DNA of 63,446 bases, the filler included, from Octopus bimaculoides (Eukaryota), in NCBI RefSeq assembly GCF_001194135.2. It is 4 parts of 4 records of this genome, joined end to end, with 100 filler letters (N's around TTAATTAATTAA, not from the genome) between each part and the next. Parts side by side here need not be neighbours in the genome. Positions count along the whole stretch, not along the records: positions 28,345 to 53,272 come from NC_068988.1; 3 more parts are not named here. One strand, written 5' to 3'. The notes beneath the pieces are model-generated. The model saw nothing but the letters and a program-made list of their open reading frames with translations. It was not told the origin of the DNA and searched no databases. The translations under genes and the position numbers were made by a program. Shown here one piece after another: positions 29,013 to 42,464 of the stretch; positions within the stretch are counted from its first letter, which is position 1; the number at the start of each line of letters is the position of its first letter.

Positions 29013-29925
29013 ATGAGGAATATGTATATGTACAGGCTTGGAAAAAATGAAACTAGTATGATCCACTGGATGTGTAATATCAGTGTGCACACACGACAGA
29101 GTGTAAGCACCCTGAGAGAAAAGTTGGGCATAAGAAGCATCAAATGTGGTGTGCAAGAGAGACAACTCTGCTGGTATGGTCATGTGTTACATATGGATGT
29201 AGACAGCTGTGTGAGGAAGTGCCACTCCCTAACTGTGGAAGAAACCTGTGAAAGAGGTAGATCCAAAAAGACATGGGATGAGGTGGTGAAGCATGACCTT
29301 CAGACATTGAGCTTCACAGAGACAATGAAAGAAGACTGAGACCTTTGTAGATATGATTGAGAAGACTTGGCAAGTAAAGTGAGATTACAGCCATGGCCAA
29401 TACCAGTGTCACATAACCAGCCCATTTAAAAGTATCTCTGATGCATCGGGCGATATGGTATGCTTGAGAAGACCTGTTGAGTCAAGTAAAGCCAAAATCA
29501 TAGCTGTGGCCAGTGTTCCCTGACTGGCTCCCATGCCAGTGGCACATAAAAAGCACCATCTGAACATGGCCAATGCCGGTACTCCCTGACTGGCTCCCAT
29601 GCTGCTGGCACATAAAAAGCACCATCCGAATGTGGCCTATGCCAGTAACCCTGACTTGCTCCCATGCCGGTGGCATGTAAAAAGCACTATCTGAACATGA
29701 TCGATGCCAGGATCATGTGACTGCTCCTGTGCTGGTGGCACATAAAAAGCACCCACTACACTCTTGGAGTGGTTGGCATTAGGAAGGGCATCTAGCTGTA
29801 GAAACATTGCCAGATCAGATTGGAGTCTGGTGCAGCCGCTGGCTCTCCAGACCTCAGTCAAACCATCCAACCCATGCCAGCATGGAAAACGGACGTTAAA
29901 TGATGATTATCATGATGATGATATA
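29013..29925 (+). mobile_element. RTE-type LINE 3' end with tandem ~60-bp repeats in the 3' UTR
   Basis: WMCNISVH..REKLGIRSI..WYGHVLHMD..GRSKKTWDEVVKHD, then four gtggcacataaaaagcacc-containing units and a (TGA)n tail. Confidence 0.85.
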
Positions 29926-30354
29926 TATATGCTAAATGAATAAATATTCAAAAATATTTATATAACTATGATTATTAATTATTATCATTAGTAAAATGAA
30001 TAATAACAGCAATAATATAGGTGGCCAATAAGCAAAAGCCAATAAATGGCAACTCCAAAAATTTATAATTAATTTATAATTATTACAGAGCACATGTGGT
30101 GCCAGCATTGTTGTGAAAATCAGAGTTGAAAAATCCTCTAAGAAAACCACCAATCACTGGAAAAATAACAAGCACAACAGAAATTGGACTATGAGCAAAG
30201 AACTTAACTTACTATCCTGGCAGAAAGCTGTAGAATGAGGAAATAGATACCCCTAGAATAATTGCTTTCAAATTTTGAGAGTTTACCTCCCTTAATTCTC
30301 TTCAGCAGGTCTTACTATATACCTGGGGTTATGATATGAAGTAGCAACCATGTA

Positions 30355-31602
30355 TTGGGTTGTCTGGAAAGTTCGTGCTGATTTTTAAAGGAAAGAAAAA
30401 GGTCAATAAATACTTGCCATTACATTTTTAATCAACCAAATATGAACCATTTTGTTGCACAATGCGTCTCCATCTTTCCTTTAACTTGAAAATACGCTCT
30501 TCCCAGAATTGAGGTGGTTTCATGGCAAAGAATTCATCAAGGTATCTTTTTACGTCATCCAAGGAATTGAAATTTTTACCATTAAGACTATTCTGCCAAA
30601 ACCTGAATAAGTGGAAATCCGAAGGAGCAATATCTGGTGAATTTGGAGGGTGGGGTAACACATCCCAGCCGAGCTGCAGCAATTTTTGTCTGGTTCCCAA
30701 AGAAACGTGCCGTCTTGCATTATCATGTTGGAAAACAACACCCTTCCTGTTGTCCAATTCTGGATGTTTCTCTTGAATTGCTGCTTTTAACTCATCCAGT
30801 TGTGTGCAGTATTTCTCAGAATTAACTGTCTAGTTACTTAGGAGAAGCTCATAGTACAGGATTCCTTTCCAATCCCACCAGACACAAGGCAAAATTTTTT
30901 TAGGGTGAAGACTCGCTTTTGGAGTGGCTTGTGTCGCTTACTCCAAGATCGCTTTCTCTGAAGATTTCGATAGATAATCCATTTCTCATCACCTGTCACA
31001 ATTTGCTTTAAAATAGGTGCGTTTTCATTCCATTTATAAAGCGAATCACAGATGGAAATGCGATCCAAAAGGTTCTTCTCATTCAACTCATGTGGTACCT
31101 AAACATCGTAGCGATTTGTGTATCCAAGCTTTACCAGGTGCTCATGAACGACTGATTTCTCGGGTTGTGCAATGTGGGTTATTCTCAATTAATGACTTGA
31201 TTTGGTCATCATCTGTAGTGGATGGTCTGCCTGATCACTCTTTATCAATAAGGCTACAATCTCCAGCTTGGAACTTTGCGAACCACTTCCGTACAGTTCT
31301 TTCGGATAAAGAAACATCACCGTAAACTGAGTATGTTTCTTTGGTTGCTTGTGAGGCATTTTTCCCTTTACGGAAAAGGAAAAGCATCAAGTGCTGAAAA
31401 TGAACTTTATTATCTTTCATTTTAAAGGGTTACAGAATTAACACAGGTTATAGGAACATAAACCTTCTTCCATGAAAAGATAGCTTAAACTGGGCTCTAA
31501 ATGGAAGTCTAGTCAAATCCTATTTTAGGGACTCAGCCATGTTCTAAAATAAGTCAAAAGGTAAGCTATTATAAATCGACACGAACTTTCTGGACAACTC
31601 AA
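30355..31602 (-). mobile_element. Full-length mariner (DD34D, Hsmar1/cecropia-like), frameshifted transposase
   Basis: TIRs TTGGGTTGTCTGGAAAGTTCGTG / CACGAACTTTCTGGACAACTCAA with TA on both sides. Motifs IVTGDEKWI, FQHDNAR, HPPNSPDIAPSDFHLFR. Confidence 0.93.
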
Positions 31603-33683
31603 TATTAAAAAATGCTCAATTTAAATTTACAATATCCTTCTTATTCTCCTCCACCTCAATGTAATTATATAATAATAACAATATAAACTATGACTCACTT
31701 GGACAGTATGTTCATGTGTTGGATTATTACTTTACAGTCCTTGACCTACTTCAACTTGTTTTGCAGTATGCAGAGTCTGCCAACTTTTAGCAAATTTATT
31801 GTTTAGTTATTGAGTGAGTTGTTTAGATTCAGGTCAATCCTGATTGGGCAGATCTATGCTCAACAGTATTTCGTCCATGAACTTCATGTCTTTTCTCTAT
31901 GTTAGGAAACCAAGACTGTATTATTCAATGTGCCCTTTTCTAAAACAGACTATTGGCTGCTTTGTCTCTCATTTGCCCATGTTAATAATGGTGCTGTGGA
32001 GGTAAATGTAAGTTTTAAGTAGTAGTGGTTATAATAATTTAATTCTGGCCTGGTGTTGCGTTCAACTTCTATCAAGAGTATAACTTTGAATCGTTTGAAT
32101 AAAATCAGACAGAATTGCTTTAGATACATTACATGAAAAGTTCATATTTTATTTGTGAATTCCATTCCACTGGGCTCATGTTACTTCTATTCAGAAATTT
32201 CCTTTCCATGCATCTTTCTTCCTTTTTATCATCCTTGTTCTGTCCAATTCCTTTTCCTTTTCCCATGAATCACTGTGCCCAATCCATCATTCTCTGAACT
32301 TCAGCTCTGTGGAATTCTCTCTTTGATCATGTCTTACTTGCAGGTGTTGACTTACAAAGGTTCGAGAAGAACATAAATGGCATCAATCTCACCAGTTTAG
32401 GAGGGCCTATGATGTTCATGAATACTACCGCTTCCCCCAGCAATTAAAAACAAAAACAACAAAAATGTCTTGTGATTTAAGGGGCTTATTAATGCAAACT
32501 ACATTCTAGGTAGCTACTAGTATAGAGTTCACAGTTTCTGATGACAATTTCAATCCTGATGACTAATTCAAACAATATAATTTAACAGTTCATTTTCCCC
32601 ACTTTTTTTCTGCTTCTCACCATTCTGGGATATGAAATATAAACTCATGTCCCTAAGGAAGTTGGAATGGCTGTTGTTTAACTACAGGTCACTCTTAATT
32701 TAATTGATGTATGACCAAAGTCTTTCCAAATGGTACAACCCACTGCTTTTATCTGACACTGTACTGTTATGACTACACAATCCAATGGGACCTTCCATTT
32801 TCAACATGGTAGGCTGTAAGATAAAGAAACTTTTGACTGATGTTTCTAGCAGCTCACATGCCTACATAGAGGCTACCTTAGTATGACAGTGTACTTTCAT
32901 TACATACATATACAATTATGTGTGTGCATGTAAGTGTACGTGTTTGTTGACTGTACTTTTGTTATTTACTGGACAAATATGATTAGATAGTCCTACAGAA
33001 GAATATAGTCGATAAATAAATTCATAAAATTCTTGTAAAAGAGTTTTATCCCTTTTTGAATTTATTTATCAAATATATACATGGAATATATTCAATGTTG
33101 AATTTTTATTCCTGTCTCNNNNNNNNNNGTCTGAGGCTATAGTAGAAGACACTTGCCCAAGGTGCCACGCAGTGGGACTGAACCCGGAACCATGTGGTTG
33201 GTAAGCAAGCTACTTACCACAGTATTCAATATATATATATTTATACACACATACAAACACATACGCCTATATACACATACGTACATATACATGTGCACAC
33301 ACATACACACATACGCATATATATATATATATATATTCAAAAAGGGATAAAACTCTTTTACAAGAATTTTATCAAGAAGCCAGTGTGTAAAAAATTTTCA
33401 TAAGGGAAATTTCTATTCCCAAGAATATAATTATTCGTTTATATTTATATAAAGGGCATTAGGTACTAAATGTGGTTATTTTGAGAAGTCCACTGTGTAG
33501 CGTTATTATTTTCTGTAATAATGCCCTTTATATAAATATAATAGAAGAATATAGTCAGGTAGATATACAGGTAAATATAGACAGGTAGTTATACAGGTAA
33601 ATATATTAATGTAGATCTACAGCTAAATATAGTCAGGCAGACCTTATTGTACAGGGGATTGAAAACCAAAATCACAAAACAAT

Positions 33684-33890
33684 TAAGGTGGTGAGCTGGA
33701 AGAATCATTAGGATGCTGGGCAAACTGCTTAGTGACATTTCATCTGAGTTCAAATGCCACTGAGACTGACTTTGCTTTTCATTCTTTTGGGGGTCATAAA
33801 ATAAGTACCAGTTGAGGACTAGTGTCGATGTAATCAACACTTCCCCCTCCCGTGAACTTCCTGGCCTTGTGTCAAAATTTCAAACCAATA
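33684..33890 (+). mobile_element. SINE family B
   Basis: ggtggtgagctggaagaatc...ttgctttcattc...aagtaccagttgagg. Confidence 0.65.
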
Positions 33891-34959
33891 TTACAGGACA
33901 GTTAAATCCAATACTACCTTATCACCTAGGAGCATATTATCAGGCAATATTTTATCAACTCAGGAAGTTCAGGTATTCAGCAAAAGTATTGAACTTAGAA
34001 CATGTTTGGGTGGAGCTAAACAATATAAACCACCAAGTTTGTCTTCTTCTTGTGTATACCACTTCACTACATTATCTTCTTGTAAGTAATTTGTTTGTGT
34101 ATCTAGAAAAAGAAGCAAACTTTTACATATCAAGATTTAATAGCATTGTTTTAAAATAATAGAATGTCTAGATAACGTTGACTACAATGTTTGAAATAAA
34201 TGTTTATGGCCCCATCACCAGAATCAAAATGTGAACAGATAAAAATTACCCAACAACAAAAAATCACCAATGAAACAATTAAAACTACTTGAAAGTTATA
34301 AAAGTAGTGAATGAAAACAATGTTTATTCATTCACAGCAAGGTAGTAAAATAAAACAATAAATATTATGAATTAATTGTCAATTGATAAATTTATTTTCA
34401 AATCAAAATATCAACCAGTGAAAAGAAATTAGTGTAATATTGACAAGTTAACTGCTGTGTTCTTTTCACTTCTTGTGCATATTTTCTTAAATATTTAAAG
34501 ATTTGGTGCTTCAAGAAGAAAAATAAATGTTATAAAATAATATTTGAAATTTTACAAGTGAATAGAAAGTTAAATTATCAATATTTGAAAGGATGTTTTA
34601 ATATCACAGCTGGCTGAGCTAGTAAAGAGGAGCTTCAGTTGGATTATTAGTTGATGGTTTTGCATTCCATTATCAGTATTTCACTATATCTAAGACACAT
34701 AGTTATCCCTGTTTTAGATTGCTTAACTATAAACATGCTATCAGTCAATAGCAAGCTTATAGTTATTGATAGGAATAGAAGATAGAGAAGGTAGATAAAA
34801 ACTGCTAAAATATTCAGCCTCAGCCCAAAGTCCTCAATTATCATTGTAATATATGCCAATAGATTCAGTCTTTGGATCTGATTATCAACAGTGTGCTTGT
34901 GTGTGTATCTGATGGCAAGTATGGAACAGTTCTCCATGTGTAAAATGCACACTAAAATT

Positions 34960-36030
34960 CATCATCATCATTTAACATCCACTCTCTATGCTGACATGGG
35001 CTAGATGGTTTGACTGGAACTGGCAAGCTAGAGAGCTGCACCAGATTCCAGTCTGATTTGACATGGGTTTCAATGGTTGGATGCCTTTCCTAACACCAAC
35101 CACTTCAGGAAGGTAATGGGTGCTTTTATGTGCCACAGGCATAGATATCATTTACCTGACACCAGCAACGACCATGACTATGATTCACAGGTGTCATTTA
35201 CATGGCACTGGCAGCAACAATGATGATTCATGGGTGCCCTTTCCATAGTACCAGCAACGACCACAACTAATATTCATGGGTGTCATATACATGTCACTGT
35301 CAACAGCCACGACTACAATTCACAGGTGCCACTTACAAGGCACCAGTGACATCCCAACTCTGACTACACAGATGTCATTTACATGGCACTGGCAATGGCC
35401 ATAACTTCCATTTCATGAGTGCCATTTACATGACACTGGCATGGCCACAACTACAATTTCACTTGACCTGACAAGTCTTCTCATGCACAGCATATCACCA
35501 GAGGTCTTGGATACTTGTCATCACCTCCATAAGGCCCATCATTCGAAGATCATACTTCACCACCTTGTCCCATGTCTTCCTGGATCTACCTCTTCCACAG
35601 GTTTCCTCCACTGTTAGAGACTGTTAGAGATCAGCACTTCGTTACACAGCTGCCCTCATCCATACACATCACATAAACACATCAGTGCAGTCATCTCCCT
35701 TACACACTACATCTGTTACCTGTTTTCTCTCAAGACACTAACACTCTGTTGTACATGCACATTGACATTGCACATCCAGTGAAGCACACTAGCTTCATTG
35801 CTTTCAAGCTTTTGCATGTCCTCAGAAGTTACAGCCCATGTTTCACTGCCATGTAGCATAGCTGTACCCACACAGGTATCATACAGTCTTCCTTTCATTC
35901 TGAAGGAGAGACCCTTTGTTACCAACAGAGGTAGGAGCTCTCTGAACTTTGCCCAGCCTGTTCTTATTCTCACAGCTCCACTCTCAGAGCATCCACCTCC
36001 ACTACTGACTTGGTCACCTAGATAAAGGAA
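34960..36030 (-). mobile_element. RTE-type LINE 3' end, same family as 29013-29925
   Basis: RIRTGWAKFRELLPLL..KGRLYDTCV.TAMLHGSETWA, followed by 3' UTR repeats and a (GAT)n tail. Confidence 0.85.
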
Positions 36031-36648
36031 GTTATCAACTAGCTAGAGCTTAAGATCAAATATACACAAAAAGAATCGTTGTTTTAAAGCCTTTTCCTCT
36101 TAGTTTTCGCTGTGGTCATACTTTAGGTGTGTATACTTATATGAGTAGGTAAAGTATATATTTCATTGTCTGTGACCTTCAATATTACACTGATGAGTTG
36201 AATTAAGACTGAAATACATATATATAATTGGAATGTTTTGGTAATTATTACTATGAAATAAATATGCAATAGATTCTCTTGTTATAACAAAATGACAGAT
36301 GAACCAATTAAAAAGATTGAGCCTTCTATATTGAAGTAATCCCATCATTTAATAACAATTTAAAGTAAGTTCATATATGTGTGATGGAAGTTACAAATTT
36401 GTTGAAATGAAGTTGACAATCAGGATTAGAATAACATATGAAGTCTCTCCATATTTTTGCCATCATTATTAGAACAAACTTATACAAGAATTAAAGCTAA
36501 TCTACTATTTCTATCATTTTACTATTTTCCTCTCATTTGCAGTACTTTAATTTTATCTCAGTGGTTTCTAGGCAATGGGTTTGACAAAAATTGGATTGTG
36601 CTATAATCCTAAAAGAATGGCAAAGATAAAATGTTTTAATTGTGAATC

Positions 36649-36838
36649 TTTTACTTGTTTCAGTCATTAGATGGCAGCCTTGAAGAATTTTTAGTTGAGT
36701 GAACTAACCCCAGTACTTATTATTATTATTTTTTTTGTTTGTTTTTAAACCTGATACTTATTTTTTATCTCTTATGCTGAACTGCTAAGTTACAGGTACA
36801 TAAACACACTAACACCAGTAGTCAAGCACTGGTGGTGG

Positions 36839-36873
<35 letters not shown>

Positions 36874-37003
36874 GGGCTTCTGTCAGTTTCCGTCTACCAA
36901 ACCCACTCATAAGGCTTTGGTTGGCCCAAGGTGCCATGCAGTGAGACTGATCCCAGAACCATGTGGTTGGGAAGCAAGCTTCTTACCACACAGCCATGCA
37001 TGC
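36649..37003 (-). mobile_element. SINE family A
   Basis: Shared head (gtgccatgcagtgagactga..cttcttaccacacagcc) and body. Confidence 0.8.
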
Positions 37004-37105
37004 ACTTTTTACCTGCTGAGTCTAAAGGAAGGAATAGTGCTCACAATCTAAATAAACCCTCCTAAAATAGTGAGATTGATGATGCTGTCATTGTTCTGTT
37101 TACAG

Positions 37106-37185
37106 ATGAACATTTAAAGCGAAAACAAGAGCAGGAAGAAGATTCCAAAAGAATAATGTTCTGGAGAGGAAAACTTCTCATAGTG
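37106..37185 (+). CDS. Candidate coding exon, unknown protein ((D)EHLKRKQEQEEDSKRIMFWRGKLLIV)
   Basis: Acceptor ttgttctgtttacag, donor GTG|GTTAGT, a single open frame, and a protein-like charged helix. Confidence 0.55.
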
Positions 37186-38089
37186 GTTAGTGTAGGACTG
37201 GGAGAGGATTGGATACAACAAAGGTGATGTGAGTGTAGAGGGGAGAAGGTAGGACTCCAACCAGCTTTAAGGAACAGATGTTATTGTAGTTATGATAGTA
37301 GAGGCAAAGAGAAGACATCAGGCCTGTGAGTCAGTGACCAATGAAATATTTGATGTTCATGTATGTTATACAAAGAAAAAGACAAAACAAAATAAAAATG
37401 CATTATTAGACATTAGGGCTACATCACAACAGTTACTACAAGCAGAATTGGAGGGATGTTTCTCCTTGAAAAACAAGAAATGCCAAGTAATAATCCCCAA
37501 TGGAATTATATTCTTTAAATAAACATTTGAAAGAGTTTTACTAACTTTTGAATCAGCCCAGTTATTGATGATTTAGTCAGCCTGGGAGCCACAGTGAGTC
37601 AGTAAATTAGAAAACAATATGAATGTTTGAATTTTTGAGATTAATTATTTTAGTTAATTTCTGAAAAAAAGTTTTTTTTTAATTTATATATTAATAAAGG
37701 CTCATGGATAATTATTGATTGGTTAAAATAGGTTTCATCAGTAAAAATTAGGAAACAATTAATTTAAAGTATCAGGGTTTTAAAGAATAGGAACCACAAA
37801 CAGGCTGAAAATCTATAATTGGTATCATTCTTTACATATGGGCTACCACAATTTTGATTGACACTGTTGGTTTGCAAATCTATTCTCTTATCTCAGAAAC
37901 TTTTGACAGAGCTAGGATGTCCATATGTTTTTGTCAAGGCTTACAAACCAAAATAAAATTATTATTATTATTGGTATTTTTGTTTTGATTTTCCTTTTAA
38001 CAAATCCATTATAGTTTAAGTTTCCTTTATTCAATAAGTTATATTTTTGACATTTTTTGTGTTATCTAATAATTATTTCTGCTGTAGGT

Positions 38090-38290
38090 ACAAAGCCTTG
38101 AAAACTTTTTTGGGGAAGAGGGGCTATTCAATTACATCGACCCCAGCATGTTGCTGGTACTTATTTCATTGCCCCTGAAAGGATGAAAGGCAAAGTCGAC
38201 CTTAGCAGAATTTGAACTCAGAACATAGCAGCAGATGAAATACCTCTAATTATTTCACCTGCCAACAATTCTACTAGCTCGCCACCTTTT
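38090..38290 (-). mobile_element. SINE family B
   Basis: ggatgaaaggcaaagtcgacc...tttgaactcagaac...gctcgccacc. Confidence 0.7.
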
Positions 38291-38389
38291 TGTGTTATCT
38301 AATAATGAATAGTTCAACAACATAAAGATCTGAAATACGATTCAAATCTACAATCACATACAAGTTTATAATAAAACAACTTCTTTCAG

Positions 38390-38425
38390 ATGTCAGCAGT
38401 GGTAGTGTCTATAATAGCTGGAAGG
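38390..38425 (+). CDS. Candidate 36-nt exon (MSAVVVSIIAGR) completing a hydrophobic segment
   Basis: Acceptor aacttctttcag, donor AGG|GTAAAA. Phase-compatible with 37106-37185, giving KLLIVMSAVVVSIIAGR. Confidence 0.45.
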
Positions 38426-39865
38426 GTAAAATACATTCAAATACTACAATATTTATATAGATTTTATTTTCACATGTTAACTTTTTGGTTACTATTAGGT
38501 AGATATTCCTTTAGATAAGAATGGCAGTGAGGTGTCCATTCAATAACTTCTTACTATGTCAAAGCTATATTTTTTCTTCTTCACATTAACAACATCTGCC
38601 AATAGATTTCTAAAAGAATTCTTTATGTCTATTCCAATAATTTCTGTTTTACTAAGACTCTTGTAGAATTTTTAGGAATCAAATATATTTTTGCGTTTAT
38701 AATTTTTCTTGTTGCTTTTGGTGTGTAACCCTAATTTAGCATTGATCAAGGAAACATAGTTTAAGGCATTCAAGCCATGACATTCCTGCTTTATTATTTC
38801 TTGGAAAAGTGTACCATGGACTACATTATCCAATGTGTCCTTCTTTTTTTAAGTCAGCAGAATAAAGTTTCACTGCTATTTCTTGTAGGTGGAGCAACTA
38901 CATAGAAGCTCTATCATTAGCTCCCAGAAGAGAATTGACTCCTCATTAGAATTTCATTTAACCATTTTTAGTTTTATTATTTTCTTAGTTCTGACATTCT
39001 TTATTTCAGCATTGCTCTTTAAATATTTCCATTGTCATCTTGCTTCAATCTATTTCACTCTGCCAACAATTGTCTGTTATATCAGCCACAAGTTTTGTCA
39101 TCCCTCATTAGTATCGAATGCCACTTTAATTCTTTTTTAAGTTGCTGAACCTCTAAGAAGGAGCAAAGCCCATGTCACTTGTAGACCTTTCAAAACTGGT
39201 GAGGCCAATGTAGTCAGTGTCCTATTAAAATTGCTGCAGAAAAGACATGAGCAGGGAGGAAATTGCAGAAGGCCAATGTTCTGGGGATGAAGGATTGGGA
39301 ATAGTAGTTAGTATATAAGTAAAACAGGGGTTTGAAGGAAGCTGAGGGATAGAGAAGTGAGTGGATAAAGAATGCCTAAGTCATGGAGGTACAAGACCAG
39401 CCAGTTTCAAGGTATTTCTGTTAGAAAATTGCTGCCTTGTCAAAACATTGAACTTTTTATTACAGCCCAGCTTCATACACATTCTCGTACTCATTAGAGC
39501 AATATTGTTTATCATCTATAATCTTTTATCTATTAGAGTAATTAGAGGAATCATAGCTACCTTATTAAAACATTGTACATTTTATTACAGTCCAGTTTCA
39601 TACACATTTTTATTCACATTACAACAATATAGTTCATTATTTGTAATATTTATTTATTTATTACAATAATTAGGGAAATAATTGAACAAATGTTGCTCTC
39701 ATAACTCTAGTTAGGAATTAAATGTAGACTGTGTTAACCCTATTTTCATTCTGTAATAAATTAATTTTAGCCTCACAAACATTTCCAGGTTGCTGGTTGA
39801 TGTTTGGAAGATTTTAAAAGAAATGGAAATATTTTGTGTAGAAATAAAATAATTGTTCCTATTTA

Positions 39866-40320
39866 GGTACAAGGCCAGCAGATTTAAAGGATAGGGTTAG
39901 CTGATTACATTGCTTCATCCCAGTATTTGACTGGTACTTTATCATCTGACCCTGTAAGCATAAAAAGTGAAGTTGACCTCAGAAAGATTTGAACACAGAA
40001 TGTAATAACTCAGAATAAATACCACAAAGCATTTTGTGTGATCATGGAAGATTCTGATAATCTACAGACACGAAACAGTAATAATGGTAATTATCCTTGT
40101 TATAAGGTGGCGAGCTGGCAGAAATGTTAGCATGCTGGACACAAATGCTTATCAGCATTTCATCTGTCTTTACAATCTGAGTTCAAATTCTGTCAAAGTC
40201 AATCTTGCCTTTCATCTTTTTGGATTTGTAAAAATAAGTACAAGTTGATCACTGGGGTCAATTAACCAACTATCCCATCCCCCGAAATTGCTGGCCTTGT
40301 GCTAAAATTTGAAACTAACA
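39866..40320. mobile_element. Two head-to-head SINE family B copies (minus 39866-40070, plus 40104-40320)
   Basis: Family B core present in both orientations. Confidence 0.65.
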
Positions 40321-40717
40321 CCTTGATTGACTGACAGATAAAGATTGACTTATGATTTTGTTTTGAGTTCAAATCCTGTCACAGCCAGCTTCCCAAATCA
40401 TCCTTCTAGGGTCAATTAGAACTGATTTTAGTTCTAAGCAAACATGCAGTTTGTCTTAATCAGCTTTGCATTCCTTTCTGACATAACTCCCAAAATTGTC
40501 TTGGGTTGAGGTAATGCTATTACTATTATAGTTGTTATTATATTATTGTTATCATAGTTGTTTAAGATGGTGAACAAAACACTTTATAGTATTTTTTCTG
40601 ACTTTATATTATGAGTTCAAATCCTATAGAGGTCTAATTTGCCTTTAATCCATTGAGAGTCAATGAAAATATAATACAGGTTAAGTTTTGATTTAATTTA
40701 CTAAAGAATTTGTTAAG

Positions 40718-41205
40718 AACTGCTGTGTGGTAAAATGTTTGCTTCCCAGGCCCACTGCACAGCACCTTGGGTAAGTGCTTTCTACTATTGCCACAGGCTG
40801 ACCAAAGCCTTGTGAGTGGATTTGGCAGATGGAAACTGAAAGAAGCCTGTCATCATCATCATCATCATCACCATTTAGTGTCTGCTTTCCATACTGGCAT
40901 GGGTTAGATGGTTTGACTGGAACTGGTAAGCCAGAGAGCTGTACCAAGTTCCAGTCTGATTTGGCATTATGTGTGTATGTGTCATTGTGTCTGTGTTTGT
41001 CTCCTCCACCACCAAAACCACTTGATAACTGGTCTTGGAGTGTTTGTGTCCCTGGAACTTAGTGGATTGGTACAAGAGACCAATAGAATAAGTACCAGGC
41101 TTAAAAAGAAAATAAGTATAGTAGTGATGTCAATTAGTTCAACTTAAATTCCTGAAGGTGGTGCCCCTGCATGGCTGCAGTCTAATGACTGAAACAAGTA
41201 AAAGA
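40718..41205 (+). mobile_element. SINE family A interrupted by an inverted LINE tail (~40851-40965)
   Basis: Head 40718-40850, then reverse-oriented catggg ttagatggtttgactgg module, then SINE 3' part ending gactgaaacaagtaaaag. Confidence 0.7.
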
Positions 41206-42097
41206 TTAAAAAAAAACTGTTTGTTAAATTTCTCCATGGTGCTTATTTCTCTTTTTTTTCCATTTGATTCTTATGATGCCACAGTTTGAAATTTTTTTTT
41301 TTTTTCCAAGATTCATTTCATTATAGTTGATGTTGGAAGATTTTGTGTAAGAAAAATGACTATGAATAGAATATTTAGACATCAAGTGTATTTCTAAAGC
41401 ACCTGTATTCTTCTTGCATTACATGAAATCCAAGACTAGCTGTCACTAATCCACAAAGCTTCAGCTGTGTCAGAAACTGCCAAAATTTATATCTTAATGG
41501 CAGATCTCATAAATGTAATGAGCAATGTTTTAAGCTGGTGCTAATCTCTGGAGCAATAAAACCATACAAAACAGTTCATCTTCCTCTTGCAAGTTTAACT
41601 GTCAACTACAACACACATTAAGATAGTTCAAAGTACACACCAGAGATGTAAAATGATTTTAGAACATTATAAAGCATGATTCGCCTGAAGTATAGCCTTG
41701 ATAACATAACAGTGTTGGTAATAAGCTGGTGTTAAGGATAAACTGTCTAAAATATATACATGGTAAATACATATCTACATGGTAAAATTCAATAATATGT
41801 TTTTGGATATTATGTTCAATATTCAATAACGAGATTGCCAATAGGCTCAGAAAAATGTTTACAAGACCCAATCTAAATATTATGATTGTTGATGTAAGAA
41901 GTTGATGAATCAGATCTGTTATCTGCAAATCTTATGTCTTCAGTAAGGTCATTTGTAGGAAAGTTGGAAGAATGTATAAAGCAAACTGACCTGTCAGAAG
42001 GAAAATATTTTATAGTGAATACAGCTAACTAGAAATGCTATTCAAAAACACCACTGAAACATACACATGCATTCTATATGTTATATAGGTATATATA

Positions 42098-42134
<37 letters not shown>

Positions 42135-42304
42135 NNNNNNNNNNNNNNNNNNNNNNNNNNNNNNNNNNNNNNNNNNNNNNNNNNNNNNNNNNNNNNNNNN
42201 NNNNNNNNNNNNNNNNNNNNNNNNNNNNNNNNNNNNNNNNNNNNNNNNNNNNNNNNNNNNNNNNNNNNNNNNNNNNNNNNNNNNNNNNNNTGTTTATTTC
42301 TGTC

Positions 42305-42344
42305 TTCCTTTCTGTTGAAGAGCATAAGCTCGAAACGTAAAGGA
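42305..42344 (+). ncRNA. Degenerate minimal hammerhead-like motif
   Basis: CUGUUGA-A-GAGC-AUAA-GCUC-GAAACGUA-AAGGA. Core A6 is mutated. Confidence 0.35.
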
Positions 42345-42431
42345 CTTTCTCACTTTCTGAGTGTTAAACTAATACATCTGTTTGTTGTTTACACACCTGT
42401 CTTCGTCTTTTGCTTTTTTGTAAATTCTCAC

Positions 42432-42464
<33 letters not shown>

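Noticed and set aside
33896-34081. Open plus frames ending at a GTAAGT donor (…LNLEHVWVELNN…)
   Set aside because: The acceptor lies in a SINE tail, two frames are open, and neither is identifiable; the weak Tc1-like resemblance is insufficient.
36183-36228. CTGATGAG...GACTGAAAT hammerhead-like string
   Set aside because: Extra base before GAAA, weak stem II and III, and a mismatch in stem I; could be chance in AT-rich DNA.
41910-42030. Frame SSVRSFVGKLEECIKQ resembling an hAT transposase remnant or an exon
   Set aside because: Too short and degenerate to assign.
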